DNA of 64,000 nt. Source: Takakia lepidozioides. Its lineage: Eukaryota > Plantae > Bryophyta. Within the stretch, counting starts at the first letter, position 1. Each line of letters starts with the position of its first letter. This document shows, in pieces, positions 39,780 to 51,720 of this stretch. The notes beneath the pieces were generated by a model. It was not told the origin of the DNA, ran no database searches, and saw only the letters and a program-made list of their open reading frames with translations. The DNA lies in assembly GCA_030704615.1 (NCBI GenBank), contig CM060733.1, positions 3,162,001 through 3,226,000 on the forward strand. The letters run 5' to 3'. Position numbers and translations under genes: made by a program.

Positions 39780-40745
39780 TTGCTCAGCCATGCACAAGCC
39801 AATAATCCACGTCAAGCAATTTAGATCCATTGCTTGACCCAACACTTGGCGGTGTGATACCTCTGACAGAGCTGGCACATCTGTAGTGCCCATGGTAAAA
39901 CCCATTGCCCGCTCTCGCTCATCCGCATTGGGCTCTACCAATTGCTGTAGTACACTGTCCCAAATCAATCCAGGACCATTGTCTCAAAAAGCATGAGACG
40001 AGGGAAAGCTCATGAACGTAGGCAAGGCCGCACGTGGCTACCCCACTCGGTTGACTACTGCTAGAGGTAGACGGTCATCATGTCGCACCCTCTGTGGTTG
40101 TCTCCCTTGGTCCAAAATGCCCACAACCGTGAGATTGGGTGGCCGTTGAATGGAATCATATGCTCTCTTGAGCAGCTCTGGTGGTACAAGATTGGTCCAC
40201 CTCAATCGAGGTCAATGCGTGCGTGATCCCACCGCTGTTGCATCCAATAGCACCGCCGATCCAATCCATGACCGCACCTGATGCACATTGGTCATAACCC
40301 TGGCCCAAGAATCCCCCATAAGAGGAACATTCTCCAAGATATAGCCTAGAGGTTGCACTTGCCTCGTCTGCAAGTCCCGCAACACTCGCAACATCTCCCA
40401 AAACAGATGCGATCGTGCATCATGCAAGCCATTCCCATGACCTGCGGGAGAGTGTCATTGGCAAGGCCATCCGGCTATCACCAAGTCAATGGAACTATGC
40501 CGGTCCAAATCATCCACCCCTAGCAAGGTAATGTCTGTTGGCAAGGCCTTTTGATACCCTTGAATTGCTGAGAGAGGCAACAACTCAAGATACTGGTGTG
40601 TGAGCAAGGCGATGTGGCGCATAGAAATACGCCGAGCTATCTCATCCTTCTCCACATACAAGTACTTGCGTACTTTAATCCCTGCGTGCAACACTCCTGC
40701 AAACCCAGTGCTCATGCCTCCAAATAGATCTAGCAAACAAATCCC
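39780..40745 (-). pseudogene. DNMT3-like C5 cytosine DNA methyltransferase domain inside pol (copy 1)
   Basis: LLDLFGGMSTG (motif I); DLVIAGWPCQ*HSPAG (IV, GGA>TGA); YILENVP (VI); H*PRLRWTN (VIII); EPNADERERAMGF...RQVLGQAM (IX/X). Confidence 0.9.
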
Positions 40746-40922
40746 TGAGTCAGGTGTTTACCAGGTAATGGGCACCGTGTCCAAAGGAGCTAACTTAGGA
40801 GGTCCAGGTGATGTCACTCAACTCCCCTCACTCACCATTGGAAAGGCCTCTTGCCATGCTTGGTGCACACACTTGCCTGCTACTCGATGCAAATTCCCAA
40901 CCGTACCCCACAGTGGAATATG

Positions 40923-41576
40923 TCAATGCACATGAGGAAACAAATCAGCCTTGTATGCCAATTGTTTGTCCTCATCAGGTGATGGCCTATCATCTACATG
41001 GCTATTGCCCTCCAAGAGCTCACCACCCCAAGCCACCACCCCTGAGAATGCAGCCAATGTGGGCATCATGTTCCTATGATCCACCGCTACATTCCCAATA
41101 AACCGCAGTGGGAGCAGTGCACGTCGGCCATTTCCTGACTGCCATTCCAGCCTGTAGGATGTCATTTCCTCCCAAAAGTCCAGAGTGAATCCCATGGGGT
41201 ATAACACCGCCCCACCAACAAGCACATCATAAGACATCGCGTCCGTAACAATGGCTTTAGCTCTCATGACTGAGCCATCCATAGGATGATCCGGCTGCAA
41301 TCGAATGAAGAGCTCATGGCGTGTAATCCCTCGTGTCTTCTCTGAACCGCCCAAAGATGTTTGAATTTGGAAAGGGCAAGGCTCCAAATCCACCTCTGTA
41401 AGGCCCAAGCCTTCAATTGCTGCTCTTCCCAACATCAATGGCTGTGCTCCCGAGTCCAACAAGACCCGCAGTGGCCTATACCTCCTCCTGGCTGGGCCAC
41501 CCAATTGAAACACACCATCCTGATTGTCCACCAGGACTACCCCAGGAGTCACCATACTGGCTGGTCTAGCTGGCAA
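40923..41576 (-). pseudogene. Retrotransposon aspartic protease (copy 1)
   Basis: Catalytic motif RVLLDSGAQ and YDVLVGG; near-identical in protein to 58535-59011. Confidence 0.88.
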
Positions 41577-42196
41577 CTCCTACAACCTTGCAGCTTCCGT
41601 TTGTCATGGTGCACCTGTGGCTGTCTTCACCCTTGAGTCCAGGGCATCCATGCATTGCACCTTATCCGTTATCCCTGCAGATAGTGCCGATGCATCACCA
41701 CTCTCACAGAGTCTAGCTGCTAATCTGAACACAGCAACTGGCCGAACCCCGGCATTGCAATGGTCATGCAAAAACAATGAGCTTGGCAAACAGCCATAGC
41801 CGCCCCAACAATGTACTGGGCTGCACACCTGCTTACAGCACAACCCACTGGTATTTCCCGAGCCACACCAACTCTTCCCACTGGCACTTGTGGCTCTACC
41901 TCTGACTCACTTGGGCGAGTGGGTATCATCGATGGCGTAGTTGGCACTGTCTCAGTCCATGTGAAAGATTGTGGATCTCAAGCCGTGGAATGGGTTCTCC
42001 CTCCGGGTAATCGACAAACACCAGCTACTCAGGCAACAGGTTGTGTGCAAGCTCACAAATGTAGCGAGATTCCAAAGCCAGAGTCTGCTTCAAGCACGGG
42101 ACCGCGATTGATCAAGCTAAAAACCAACCACGCTTAGGAACTGGAAGCCATAGTGCTTAGTTGCGAAACTCTCAAAACGTAAAAAAACTCGAGCAA

Positions 42197-42201
<5 letters not shown>

Positions 42202-42230
<29 letters not shown>
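42202..42230 (+). repeat. (CT)n microsatellite
   Basis: Perfect CT run. Confidence 0.95.
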
Positions 42231-42235
<5 letters not shown>

Positions 42236-43116
42236 GCGATACACACACCGCCATTTTGCCATTACATCTCCCCTCAATCATGCAAGATCCCCCATACACA
42301 ATCTACTGTTCTCAGGTGCTTCGTACGAATTAAATCCTCTGTCAACGATTTTAGTTACCCTGCATCTCCACCATGATTCCGGCGCTATGGGTTTGTTCCC
42401 CTTCCTCTACCGGACTTAATCCTATATGGGGAATGTAGTCGATAGATGGGCCTGGCAAAGAAGAGGATACCACAGACTCAGACCTCCAAAACACTTTTAT
42501 CCACCCACTCAAGCACACCGTTACACCCAGCGTACGCTCGCGTAAGACCTGTCAAGTTATTTTACCACTAGTGTGAAACTAGCTAGGAAATAGCTAGCTT
42601 TTACATATTGACATTTGGGATTGGCCCAAGTATCAATCGAGGGGTCAAGGCAGATTTAGGCCGTGGAGTGGTTATCTTCACGGCAAGCGCGGGAGGCTCA
42701 TCTTTCTCGAGTTGAGCCTCACCGCGCCTAGCTATGCTGCCGTAGTGTGGATTCCCAATGACGTGGGAGTGATGAGTTTATGCTTCAGCTTTGTGAGCTC
42801 GCATGAGCTTGTGCTTGTATTCTTCTTCTTTATTATTCGAGAAAGATGAGCTCGTATCTGTGAGTGCCAGATACGAGTTAGTTGTAGCACTTGTGGTTTT
42901 TGCTTGAGAATGAGAGAAACCAGGTTGTTATGCAAGGAGCACCATGAAGCTCTTGGTTGTTAGAAGTGGAGGCGATGTGGGTTACGAGGTGGTAGACCTT
43001 GGCATTCGATCTTCAGCTTCAGAGATGAAAGCATCATGCTGCAGGTAATTCCAGAGCAACTTGATGGTTTCAGATTGTGTACATGCATGAGCAAGCACGA
43101 TTGGGAAGAGGACCAG

Positions 43117-43840
43117 TGTCGCGGCCCTTTGCCTTGAGGGCAGGGGGTCGGGACACATGAGGGGCTGCCCTTGTGGTGGGGGCAGTGGCAGCGATAGGTA
43201 CGGGGGGCTGAAGCACCCTTGAGTGCCCAAGGCACTCAAGGAGGCGGAGGCGCTCACTAGGTGGAGCCCCGCACACCGGGTTGCGGTGGGGGTGGCTCCA
43301 CAAGGGGTGGTGGTAGCTTAGCGGGACTTAGTGGGGGTGGCATAGGACTCACCATGGGGGCGGAGACCTTGTGGTGGGAGTCGTGGGGAGTCTTGGGACT
43401 CATCACGGTCCATAGGGGCCGTGGTGAGTGGGCCAAGACTCACCGCGACTCATCACCGGGAGTCGAGGGTTTTCGTGGTGGTTCGCCATAAAATGGCATG
43501 GCTGGTTGTGAAACCCCCGCGGACAGCTACAGAAGTATATATAGGGAGTAGTAACCCCGAGAACGGTGCAAGCCCGTTGGTGACCAAAAACTAGTGAGTA
43601 AGCGAGCGAGCCGGAAAGCGACCAAGAGTGGGGAGCTGTTCCGGACTGCCAACTACCAAAGGGAATTCCCGCTGGTTCCAAATCGGTGGAGGGTTCTTTG
43701 GGAGAACAAAGGGGGACCGTTATGCCCGGTGAGCAGCCGAAGCTCCAAGTTGGCCCGGCGGCCAGGTTGGGAGTCAGGCGCGCGCATCAAGCGAGTAACT
43801 ATGACTTGAAGGGGGGCTTACCGAAGTGAGGTGCGCGACA
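43117..43840 (+). repeat. 5' LTR of chromovirus
   Basis: TGTCGCG...CGCGACA; TATA-like TATATATA near 43536; followed by the PBS. Confidence 0.96.
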
Positions 43841-43842
43841 CT

Positions 43843-43854
43843 TGGTATCAGAGC
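43843..43854 (+). promoter_or_regulatory. Primer binding site, initiator tRNA-Met
   Basis: TGGTATCAGAGC, two bases after the LTR end. Confidence 0.95.
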
Positions 43855-43895
43855 TTAGAGTTCAGTACGCGATCGTCCTTGGGATTGGCCTCATC

Positions 43896-46800
43896 ATGGG
43901 GTCGGGCAAGCCGAAACGAAAGCGGAACGGCCCAAAAGATGATGATCCTGGTGAGCCCGATGGGGGAGACGTGTCACCGAGGCGGCCGTTTGAGGAAGCG
44001 ATGCATGTTTCCGAAAACGAGGCCGCTCAAGAGCGGGAGGAATCCGAGGAGTCGGAGCCCGAGGAATCCTTGAGAGCTCCGACAAACCAACAGATGCCTC
44101 CCATGCCGGCAGCCTTTTGGGAAGGGTTGTTGGCGCAGTTTGGCGGGACGTTGAAAGACGTGTTGAAGGCGGCTAATGCCACTTCCACTAAGGCAAAGTT
44201 TAAGGTGAAGCCTAAGGAACCCGGCACATTCGAGGGCGTCTGAAATCGGAAGGCACTCAACACCTGGCTCCTGGAGCTAGAGCAGTACTTCCGGGCGGCC
44301 AAGTTGAGTGACGAGGATCGGGTGGAAGTGGCTCCCACCTATTTGAGGGGCTATGCTCAACAATGGTGGCAGAAACGCCTTCACGACCGAGGTCCAAGCC
44401 CGGAAACCTTGAACTGGAGTGGGTTCAAGGAATTGATGAAGAGACAGTTTGTGCCCCTCAACGCGTCCTGGCTTGCCCGGGACAAGATCAGGAATTTGAA
44501 GCAAACAGATGACATTCGGGGATATGTCCAGGCTTTCAATGTGCTTTTGCTCGAAGTCGCGGACATGGCAGAATCGGAAATGGTCTTCAACTTTGTGGCG
44601 GGACTGGCCCCATGGGCCAGGCGGAAGTTGGAGGAGAAGCCACCCAAGACTTTGAACGAGGCAATTGAGAGGGCTGAATGTTTCTCGGATGTCCCTAGGG
44701 GTGAAAGACAAGGCCGTACGGAGCTGAACCACAAGAAGACCCGGTGGAAAGGTGACTCCTTCCGACCGGAAAAGAAGTGGGATAGGCCACGCGGCGACAA
44801 TAGCACGTGGAAATCGAAGGGAGGGCCATCACAAGTCAAGGCGGCACCCGGTGCTTTGAAAGGAAAAGCGGGTGGACCGGCCTATGGCGGACAGAAGGCA
44901 ACCTTTGATGGAGTGTGTTTCAATTGCGGGGAGCCCGGGCACATGGCCAAGAAGTGCACGAAGCCCCGGCAATTGAACATGACTCGGGCGACCACAGAGC
45001 TGTCGAAGATACCATCAGTCGCTTGGTGGAAGCGGTGGTCGCCAGGACTTGCAAGGTAGGCAAATTTTCTTGTGAGTTGTATCAGGAAACTGGCGCCTTA
45101 CGTAAAGGGAGTCAGTTATTGTTCGTGGATGGGATAATATCCGGAACTAACGTGTCGTTGTTGGTGGACACAGGAGCGTCGCACTCCTTCATGACACCGG
45201 CAACGGCGCAAAAGCTAGGACTCCCGACAAGTGACGTAGGGGCCTCTACTGAGGTGCGTTCTGCCAAAGGAGAACCGCAATTGGCGACAAGGTTGGCGTT
45301 TGATGTTCCTCTTCAACTGGGGAGTTTGGAGGGACGTGAGAACTTCACCATCTGCGAGATCGATGGAGTGGATCTCATTTTGGGGATGACCTTTTTGAGC
45401 AAATCCGGAGCGGTCATAGATGGCCGCAAGAGAGTAGTCGCGCTGCCATGTGGGAATGGTGGCGAGGTCTTATGAGTGTCGGAAATGCCCAAACCCGTGG
45501 GAGGGCGAATAAACCTTCTGTCAGCAAGGGAGTGGGCCGTGGAGGAGGCATACGAGCCCCAGTTTTTGCTCTACATTAGAGAAGTGAAGGGAGAAGGCGA
45601 TGGATCAAGGGGATTTTGGAGAAATACCAGGATGTCGGAGGATTTACCAAGCGGTATGCCACCGCGAAGAGGAGTTGACCACAAGATTGAGGTGATGTCG
45701 GGATCGGAACCGCCTGCCAAGGCGCCCTACCGGTTGAGCCACAGAGAGTTGGTCGAGCTGAAGACTCAGCTCAAAGATCTAATATCAAAGGGGTACATCC
45801 GGCCGAGTAAGTCACCTTACGAAGCCCCGGTGCTATTTGCAGATAAAAAGGATGGGACGCTGCGGATGTGTGTCGATTACAGGGCTCTGAATAAGGTGAC
45901 TATCAAAAATCGGTACCCTTTGCCAAGGATCGACAACCTCTTCGATCGGTTGGCAGAAGCGAAGTATTTCAGCCGGATCGACTTGCGCTTCGGCTATCAT
46001 CAAATTCGGGTGGCGGAAGGAGATGAGGAGAAGACCGCGTGCAGGACAAGGTATGGTTCATATGAGTTCTTGGTGATGCCTTTTGGGCTCACCAATGCAC
46101 CAGCGACATTTAGCACGCTGATGAACAGCCTTTTTTAGGAGTGGTTGGATGACTTTGTGATCATGTACATCGACGACATCTTGGTGTACTCAAAAACAAA
46201 GGAGGAGCACCTGGAGCACCTCAAAAGGGTGTTCCAAAAATTGCGAGAAGGGAAGTTGTATGCCAAAGCTTCAAAGTGCGAATTCGGGGTCACAAAAGTG
46301 GAGTTCCTGGGGCATGTGATTACACAGGATGGGATCAGAATGGATGACAGGAAGGTGAGGGCAATCTTGGACTGGGAGCCTCCGACTTCGGTCCCGGGAG
46401 TGTGATCCTTCCTAGGACTCGCCTCCTATTACCGGAAGTATGTGAGAAATTTTGCCAAGATCGCGGGGCCGCTGTCAGACCTTCTGTGTAAATCCAAAGT
46501 CTGGGCATGAAACACCTTTTGTGGCCAAGCTTTTGCTGAATTGAAGCAGCGGATGGCGGAAGCTCCAGTCTTGAAAATCCCAGAGTTCGATCGTCCGTTC
46601 GAGATACATACAGATGCGTCGGACTTCGCGATTGGGGGTGTATTGATGCAAGATGGACGTCCAGTGGCTTACGAAAGTAAGAAACTGAATGAAGTGGAGC
46701 GACGGTGGCCGACGCACGAGAAAGAGATGAAGGCGGTGGTGCACTGTCTTGAGTTTTGGCGCCACTATGTTGGTTCCAACCCAGTGAAGGTGTTCACGGA

Positions 46801-48432
46801 CAATGTCACGGTGAAGTATTTTGCCACGCAGCCCAAGTTGTCCCCAAAACAACTTAGGTGGCAAGATACTTTGGCGGTGTTCGACGTGGATATCCAGTAC
46901 AAACCGGGACGAGACAACGTGGTGGCCGATGCTTTAAATAGAAAGCAGCAGCTCTTGTTGGTGTACAAGGACGAGACGACGCTCTAAAGGAAGATTCGGA
47001 AGGCTTGCCGGAAGGATGAGCTGGCGAAGTCCGTGATGTAGGACTTGAGGATGGGGGTTAAATCGCAGTTCCACTTGCAAAATGGACTGCTCCGGTATAA
47101 GCAAAAGCGTCTCTACGTGCCAAAGGGAGGGATCAGAGATAGCCTCTTGAGAGAATGCCATGATAGCCCGCTTGCGGGCCACGGCGGAGCCAAGCGCACT
47201 GGGCACTCTTGAAGAAAGAGTATTTCTGGCCCAAACTGAGGGAGGAGGCAGAGGAGTATGTCAAGACATGCACCACATGCCAACAAAACCGGAGCGAGTA
47301 CAAAAAGCAAGCGGGGCTGTTACAACCCTTGCCGATTCCAGAGGGGACTTGGGAAAGCGTCTCGATGGATTTCATGACTGCTATGCCGCTGTCAAAAGGA
47401 TTCGATGCAATCATGGTGGTGGTGGATAAGTTCAGTAAAATGGGCCATTTCATCCCCATCAAGGAGATGGCAACGGCGCAGGAGATAGGGCGACTTTACT
47501 TCGCCCACGTCTTAAAGCATCATGGAGTCCTGAAGGATATTGTCTCGGACCGCGATCCAAAGTTTACGAGTAAATTTTGGAGGGCACTTTGGAAGAAGAT
47601 GGGGACGAGGCTGAAGATGAGCACCGCCTTCCGACCTACGACCAACGACCAAACAGAAAGAGTGAATTCTGTAGGGAAGCAGATCTTGCGGAATTACGTG
47701 TCGGCAGACCAAACAGACTGGGTGGAACACTTAGACGCGGCAGAGTTCTGTTATAATAACACAGAACACTCCGCAACGGGAGTTTCCCATTTCGTATTGG
47801 TCTATGGAAAAGCACCTCTGGTGCCGACAAGTTGGGCCGCCCAGGACGTTGAGGAACCGGCAGTAGCGACAGTACTAGAAGAACACGAGCGTTTGTTGAA
47901 GCTCGCAAAGTACAACATTGCCAAAGCTAGGAAACGGTATGAAAGGCAGGCGAATCGGAACCGGAGGGAAGTGAAGTTTGAGGCAGGCACGGAGGTCTGG
48001 TTGAACATCAAGAATTTCCGACTACCTCCGGAAGTGAGTCCAAAGTTCGTACCTCCGTATGCGGGACTCTTTCGCATCCGGAAGGTTATGAATGAGGATG
48101 TGTATGAATTGGAGCTGTCGGCAAACAGCAAGGTGCATCCAGTATTCAACGTCTCCCTTTTGAAGCCTTACTTCAAAGATGAAGCGCGACCGAATCGGCA
48201 TTAAGTGTTGCGTCCGCCACCTGTGTTGTTGGATCATGAAAATGAACCTGAGTACGAGGTGGAGGCAGTACTTAAGTGGAGGAGGTTCAAGAACCGAGAA
48301 ACGGAGTATCTCGTCAAATGGAAGGGCTATCATCATGTGGAGGCATCTTGGGTGCGTGCCTCAGAAATGGGAAACGCATCCGAGGCGGTTGCAGTTTTGG
48401 AAGGGCGACCTCAAAAGCGGAAGAAGCGTTGA
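43896..48432 (+). pseudogene. Chromovirus gag-pol with multiple nonsense codons and frameshifts
   Basis: Gag knuckle CFNCGEPGHMAKKC; protease LVDTGAS; [13 protein letters not shown]...YIDD; RNase H TDASDFAIGGVL; integrase WESVSMDF, SDRDPKF; chromodomain YEVEAVL...EYLVKWKGY...ASW. Confidence 0.95.
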
Positions 48433-49338
48433 TGGGGACATCAACCTTGGAGCGTGGGGGAGGAAATGCATGCTTAGCCCGGCTTAGCTAGCTCAGGAAT
48501 CCGATTGCAAAAACTTGTATTGTACAAAAATTTGTTATTAAGGAAATGGATTCCAAATGTTGTGCGTCCTATTTTGTTTGGAATGGTGATGCATGGTGTG
48601 GTTGGCTAGTGTGTAAAATGCATGCTAGCTTACAAAAGTGGGAGAGGTAAATTGGGTTAATCGTGTATTTGCGCAATGCCGAAATCGGGTGACTCCCATC
48701 CAAGGGGCAAGGAAACATGCGCCTTCTTTGGGAGTTCACGTGCTAGTGCGCACCTGGCGCGTGCGCGTACTATAACTGCGCTACCGAGGTGGTTGCCTTG
48801 TAGTGCGGGCTAACGCGGAAGCTACGTGCTTCCGTTCATGTACTATAATCGTGTAGTCTCGGGACGAAGTCGTAGTGCGGCTTCGACGTGTTCCCGTACC
48901 TCAGGCCAGCATTCCAAGACGGACCCAATTTTAGTGATTGAGGTGCACGGTTGGTTCAAGGTTATCTTCCTAGTCAAAGGGGGTTCGAGGTGAACCCTTG
49001 CGCAAGGTGATGCCAAAGGCGGCATCATGAGTGATCGCAAGCAATGTTGTTGCAGTAAGGCGATTCGATCCTCGGGGAGGATCGTTCCTTGGCCTTGAAG
49101 TAGGCCAAGAAGAGTGCACTGGGAGGAGCTTGAGAGGCTCTACCCCTGGCCGGGACTTGGAGGAAGTCGGCCGAACTAGCTAGTGGAGAGTAGAGTCAAG
49201 TGTGGGGTTTGGTTCTTTGCCATGGGACGCCATGGTACGGAAACAAACTCCTTGATGTGGGACGCCACAACTTGGATGTTCGTTTCTACAAAATGGACAA
49301 GTCGATGAGGACATCGACTCCCTGTTGGTAGGGGTGTG

Positions 49339-50064
49339 TGTCGCGGCCTTTTGCCTTGAGGGCAGGGGGTCGGGACACATGAGGGGCTGCCCCTGTGGTG
49401 GGGGCAGTGGCAGCGATAGGTACGGGGGGCTGAAGCACCCTTGAGTGCCCAAGGCACTCAAGGAGGCGGAGGTGCTCACTAGGTGGAGCCCCGCACACCG
49501 GGATGCGGTGGGGGTGGCTTCACAAAGGGATGGTGGTAGCTTAGCGGGACTTAGTGGGGGTGGCATAGGACTCACCTTGGGGCGGAGACCTCGTGGTGGG
49601 AGTCGTGGGGAGTCTTGGGACTCATCACGGTCCATAGGGGCCGTGGTGGGTGGGCCAAGACTCATCGCGACTCATCACCGGGAGTCGAGGGTTTTCGTGG
49701 TGGTTCGCCATAAAATGGCATGGTTGTTTGTGAAACCCCCGCGGACAGCTACAGAAGTATATATAGGGAGTAGTAACCTCAAGAACGGTGCAAGCCCGTT
49801 GGTGACCAAAAACTAGTGAGTAAGCGAGCGAGCCGGAAAGCGACCAAAGAGTGGGGAGCTGTTCCGGACTGCCAACTACCAAAGGGAATTCCCGCTGGGC
49901 CCAAATCGGTGGAGGGTTCTTTGGGAGATCAAAGGGGGACCGTTATGCCCCGGTGAGCAGCCGAAGCTCCAAGTTGGCCAGCGGCCAGGTTGGGAGTTAG
50001 GCGAGCGCATCAAAGCGAGTAACTATGACTTGAAGGGGAGCTTACCGAAGTGAGGTGTGTGACA
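49339..50064 (+). repeat. 3' LTR of chromovirus
   Basis: Direct repeat of 43117-43840, preceded by PPT GGTAGGGG. Confidence 0.96.
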
Positions 50065-50404
50065 ACCAGTCAAGAGCAGGTTAGAGAGGCTTTGGTGGCA
50101 AAGCTGAGAACTGGACTTGGGAATGCGAGCTTTCATTGTGTGAAGGATTGCAAGACCAAGCGAAAGGGCTGATTTGGCTTGGGGCAAATCAATGCACTTT
50201 GTGGAGTATGTTGAGATTGGGTTTCAATCTCAAGCTTCAGCATTGAGAGGGCTCTTGTCATGGCAAGAGCAGGGCTGGAACAGGAGCTAAGAGGTGCGGC
50301 AAGGCCATGAAATCTGCACCTAGGGTTTCAGAGCTTGGAAGAAGAGCTCTTGCACCACAAGAGGAATGTCTTGTGGCTGGAAATGTAAGCCTTATCTCTT
50401 GTGT

Positions 50405-50830
50405 GAAGAGAATGCATGTGTGGAGCATGCATGCAGCCTATTGAAGCTTCCATCTTCAAGCTTGGAGGGCAAGCAAGGAAGAGGGAAGGGCTGACTTCTC
50501 TTATGTGAGTGCAACGCATATGTGGAGCATGCTTTCAGCCCGTTGAAGGCTTGTACTTTCAAGTTTGGGAGTGCAAGAAAGGAAGGAAGGGGCTGGTTTC
50601 CCTGTAGGGCATGTGTGGAGCATACTTCCAGCCCGCTGAAGCTTGTATTTTCAGGTTGGTGGGTGCAAGAAAGGAAGCAAAGGGGCTGATTCTCTTGTGG
50701 TGAGAGTGAGGCATGTGTGGAGCATGCCTTCAGTCCATTGGGCTTTTGGTTTCAAGCTTTAGAGAGCTAGAATGGAAGGGCTAGAGCTGGTTCCCACTTG
50801 GGTGAAAGAAAAGCACTTGTAGGGCATATG
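50405..50830 (+). repeat. Degenerate ~90-105-bp tandem repeats
   Basis: The unit CATGTGTGGAGCATGC...TTCAAG...GGAAGGG-GCTG recurs at about 50414, 50517, 50610 and 50712, with a partial copy at 50815. Confidence 0.8.
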
Positions 50831-51237
50831 TGAGGTGGGGTTTCAACCTCAAGCCTAGATAGAGCATGGCTCTTGAAGTGGCAGATGTAGGGGGCTGGAA
50901 TAGGCTCTAAGATAGATGCTATGGCTAAAGAAAACGCTTGAATGAGTGCTCACAAGGGCTGGAAACTAGCAAGGCTTGGTTGCTTGCCATTGAGTTTAGC
51001 GGCGTGTTTGGGGAGTCTAAGTGAGAAAGAAGGCTTGGTTTGTGGCAACCATCTTCCTCATGGCTTAGGGCTACTATTGGTGGTGTGTGGGAGCCGAAAG
51101 AGCAAGAATACCTTGCTGATTTCTTCACAGCCGCCATAGCTCGGTGCAAAGAAGCCTAGAGTCCAAGAGACACAAACCCTAGCTTGGCATGGCTAAACCC
51201 TTGGAGAAATGGCTAAACTGCCATGAGTGGCCATGGA

Positions 51238-51720
51238 TGGGGCTGTGACGGGCTGTGACGGGTTGTGGCATGTAGGGCCATGATCCTGTGATCTGTGTAG
51301 GGCTGTGATGGGCTGTGATAGGTGGCCTATGGGGTTGTGAGGGGCTGTGACAGGCTGTGCCCTGTGGCCTGTGGGGCTGTGAGGGGCTCTGACAGGCTAT
51401 GGCCTTTGGGGCTGTGACCCCTGTGACCTTTGTAGGGCTGTGATAGGTTGTGCCTGTGGCCTTTGGGGTTGTGATGGGCTGTGACAGGCTGTGACAGACT
51501 GTGGCCTTTGGGGCTGTGACCCCTGTGACCTGTGTAGGGCTGTGACAGGCTGTGCCTATGGCCTTTGGGGCTGTGACGGGCTGTGACAGGCTGTGACCTG
51601 TGGCCTGTGGCCTGTGTGGGGTTGTGACGGCTGTGACCTGTGGCCTGTGGCCTGTGTGGGGTTGTGATGGCTGTGACCAGTGATCTGTGTGGGCCTGTGC
51701 TGGTTTGTGGTGGCCCGTGT
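51238..51720 (+). repeat. GGGCTGTGAC / CCTGTGG minisatellite
   Basis: Dozens of interleaved 7-10-bp units with higher-order duplications. Confidence 0.9.

Larger units (their letters stand above)
35946..41980 (-). mobile_element. 5'-truncated Ty3/Gypsy LTR retrotransposon encoding DNMT and PHD domains (copy 1)
   Basis: Minus-strand order: linker, protease, C5-MTase, RT, RNase H, integrase, PHD, then PPT AAGGGGGCG (36033-36041) and TGTGGCA at 36030. Homology to copy 2 stops near 41980; gag is absent. Confidence 0.9.
43117..50064 (+). mobile_element. Full-length Ty3/Gypsy chromovirus, 6948 bp, defective
   Basis: LTRs 43117-43840 and 49339-50064 (TG...CA; roughly 25-30 differences by eye). TSD ACCAG at 43112-43116 and 50065-50069. 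tRNA-iMet PBS, PPT, and gag-PR-RT-RH-INT-chromodomain order. Confidence 0.97.

Noticed and set aside
42661-42730. tRNA-Met gene or tRNA-derived SINE head
   Set aside because: There is loose similarity (AGCGCG..GG.CTCAT, GAGTT.GAGCCTC) but no cloverleaf, no intact GTTCRA B-box and no tail or TSD.
43261-43809. Short ORFs repeated in each chromovirus LTR (MEPRTPG...)
   Set aside because: Frames are broken by different indels in each LTR copy; they are GC-rich artefacts.
44915-45059. Programmed gag-pol frameshift in the chromovirus
   Set aside because: The frame change cannot be distinguished from decay in a copy with many other lesions; an intact copy is needed for comparison.
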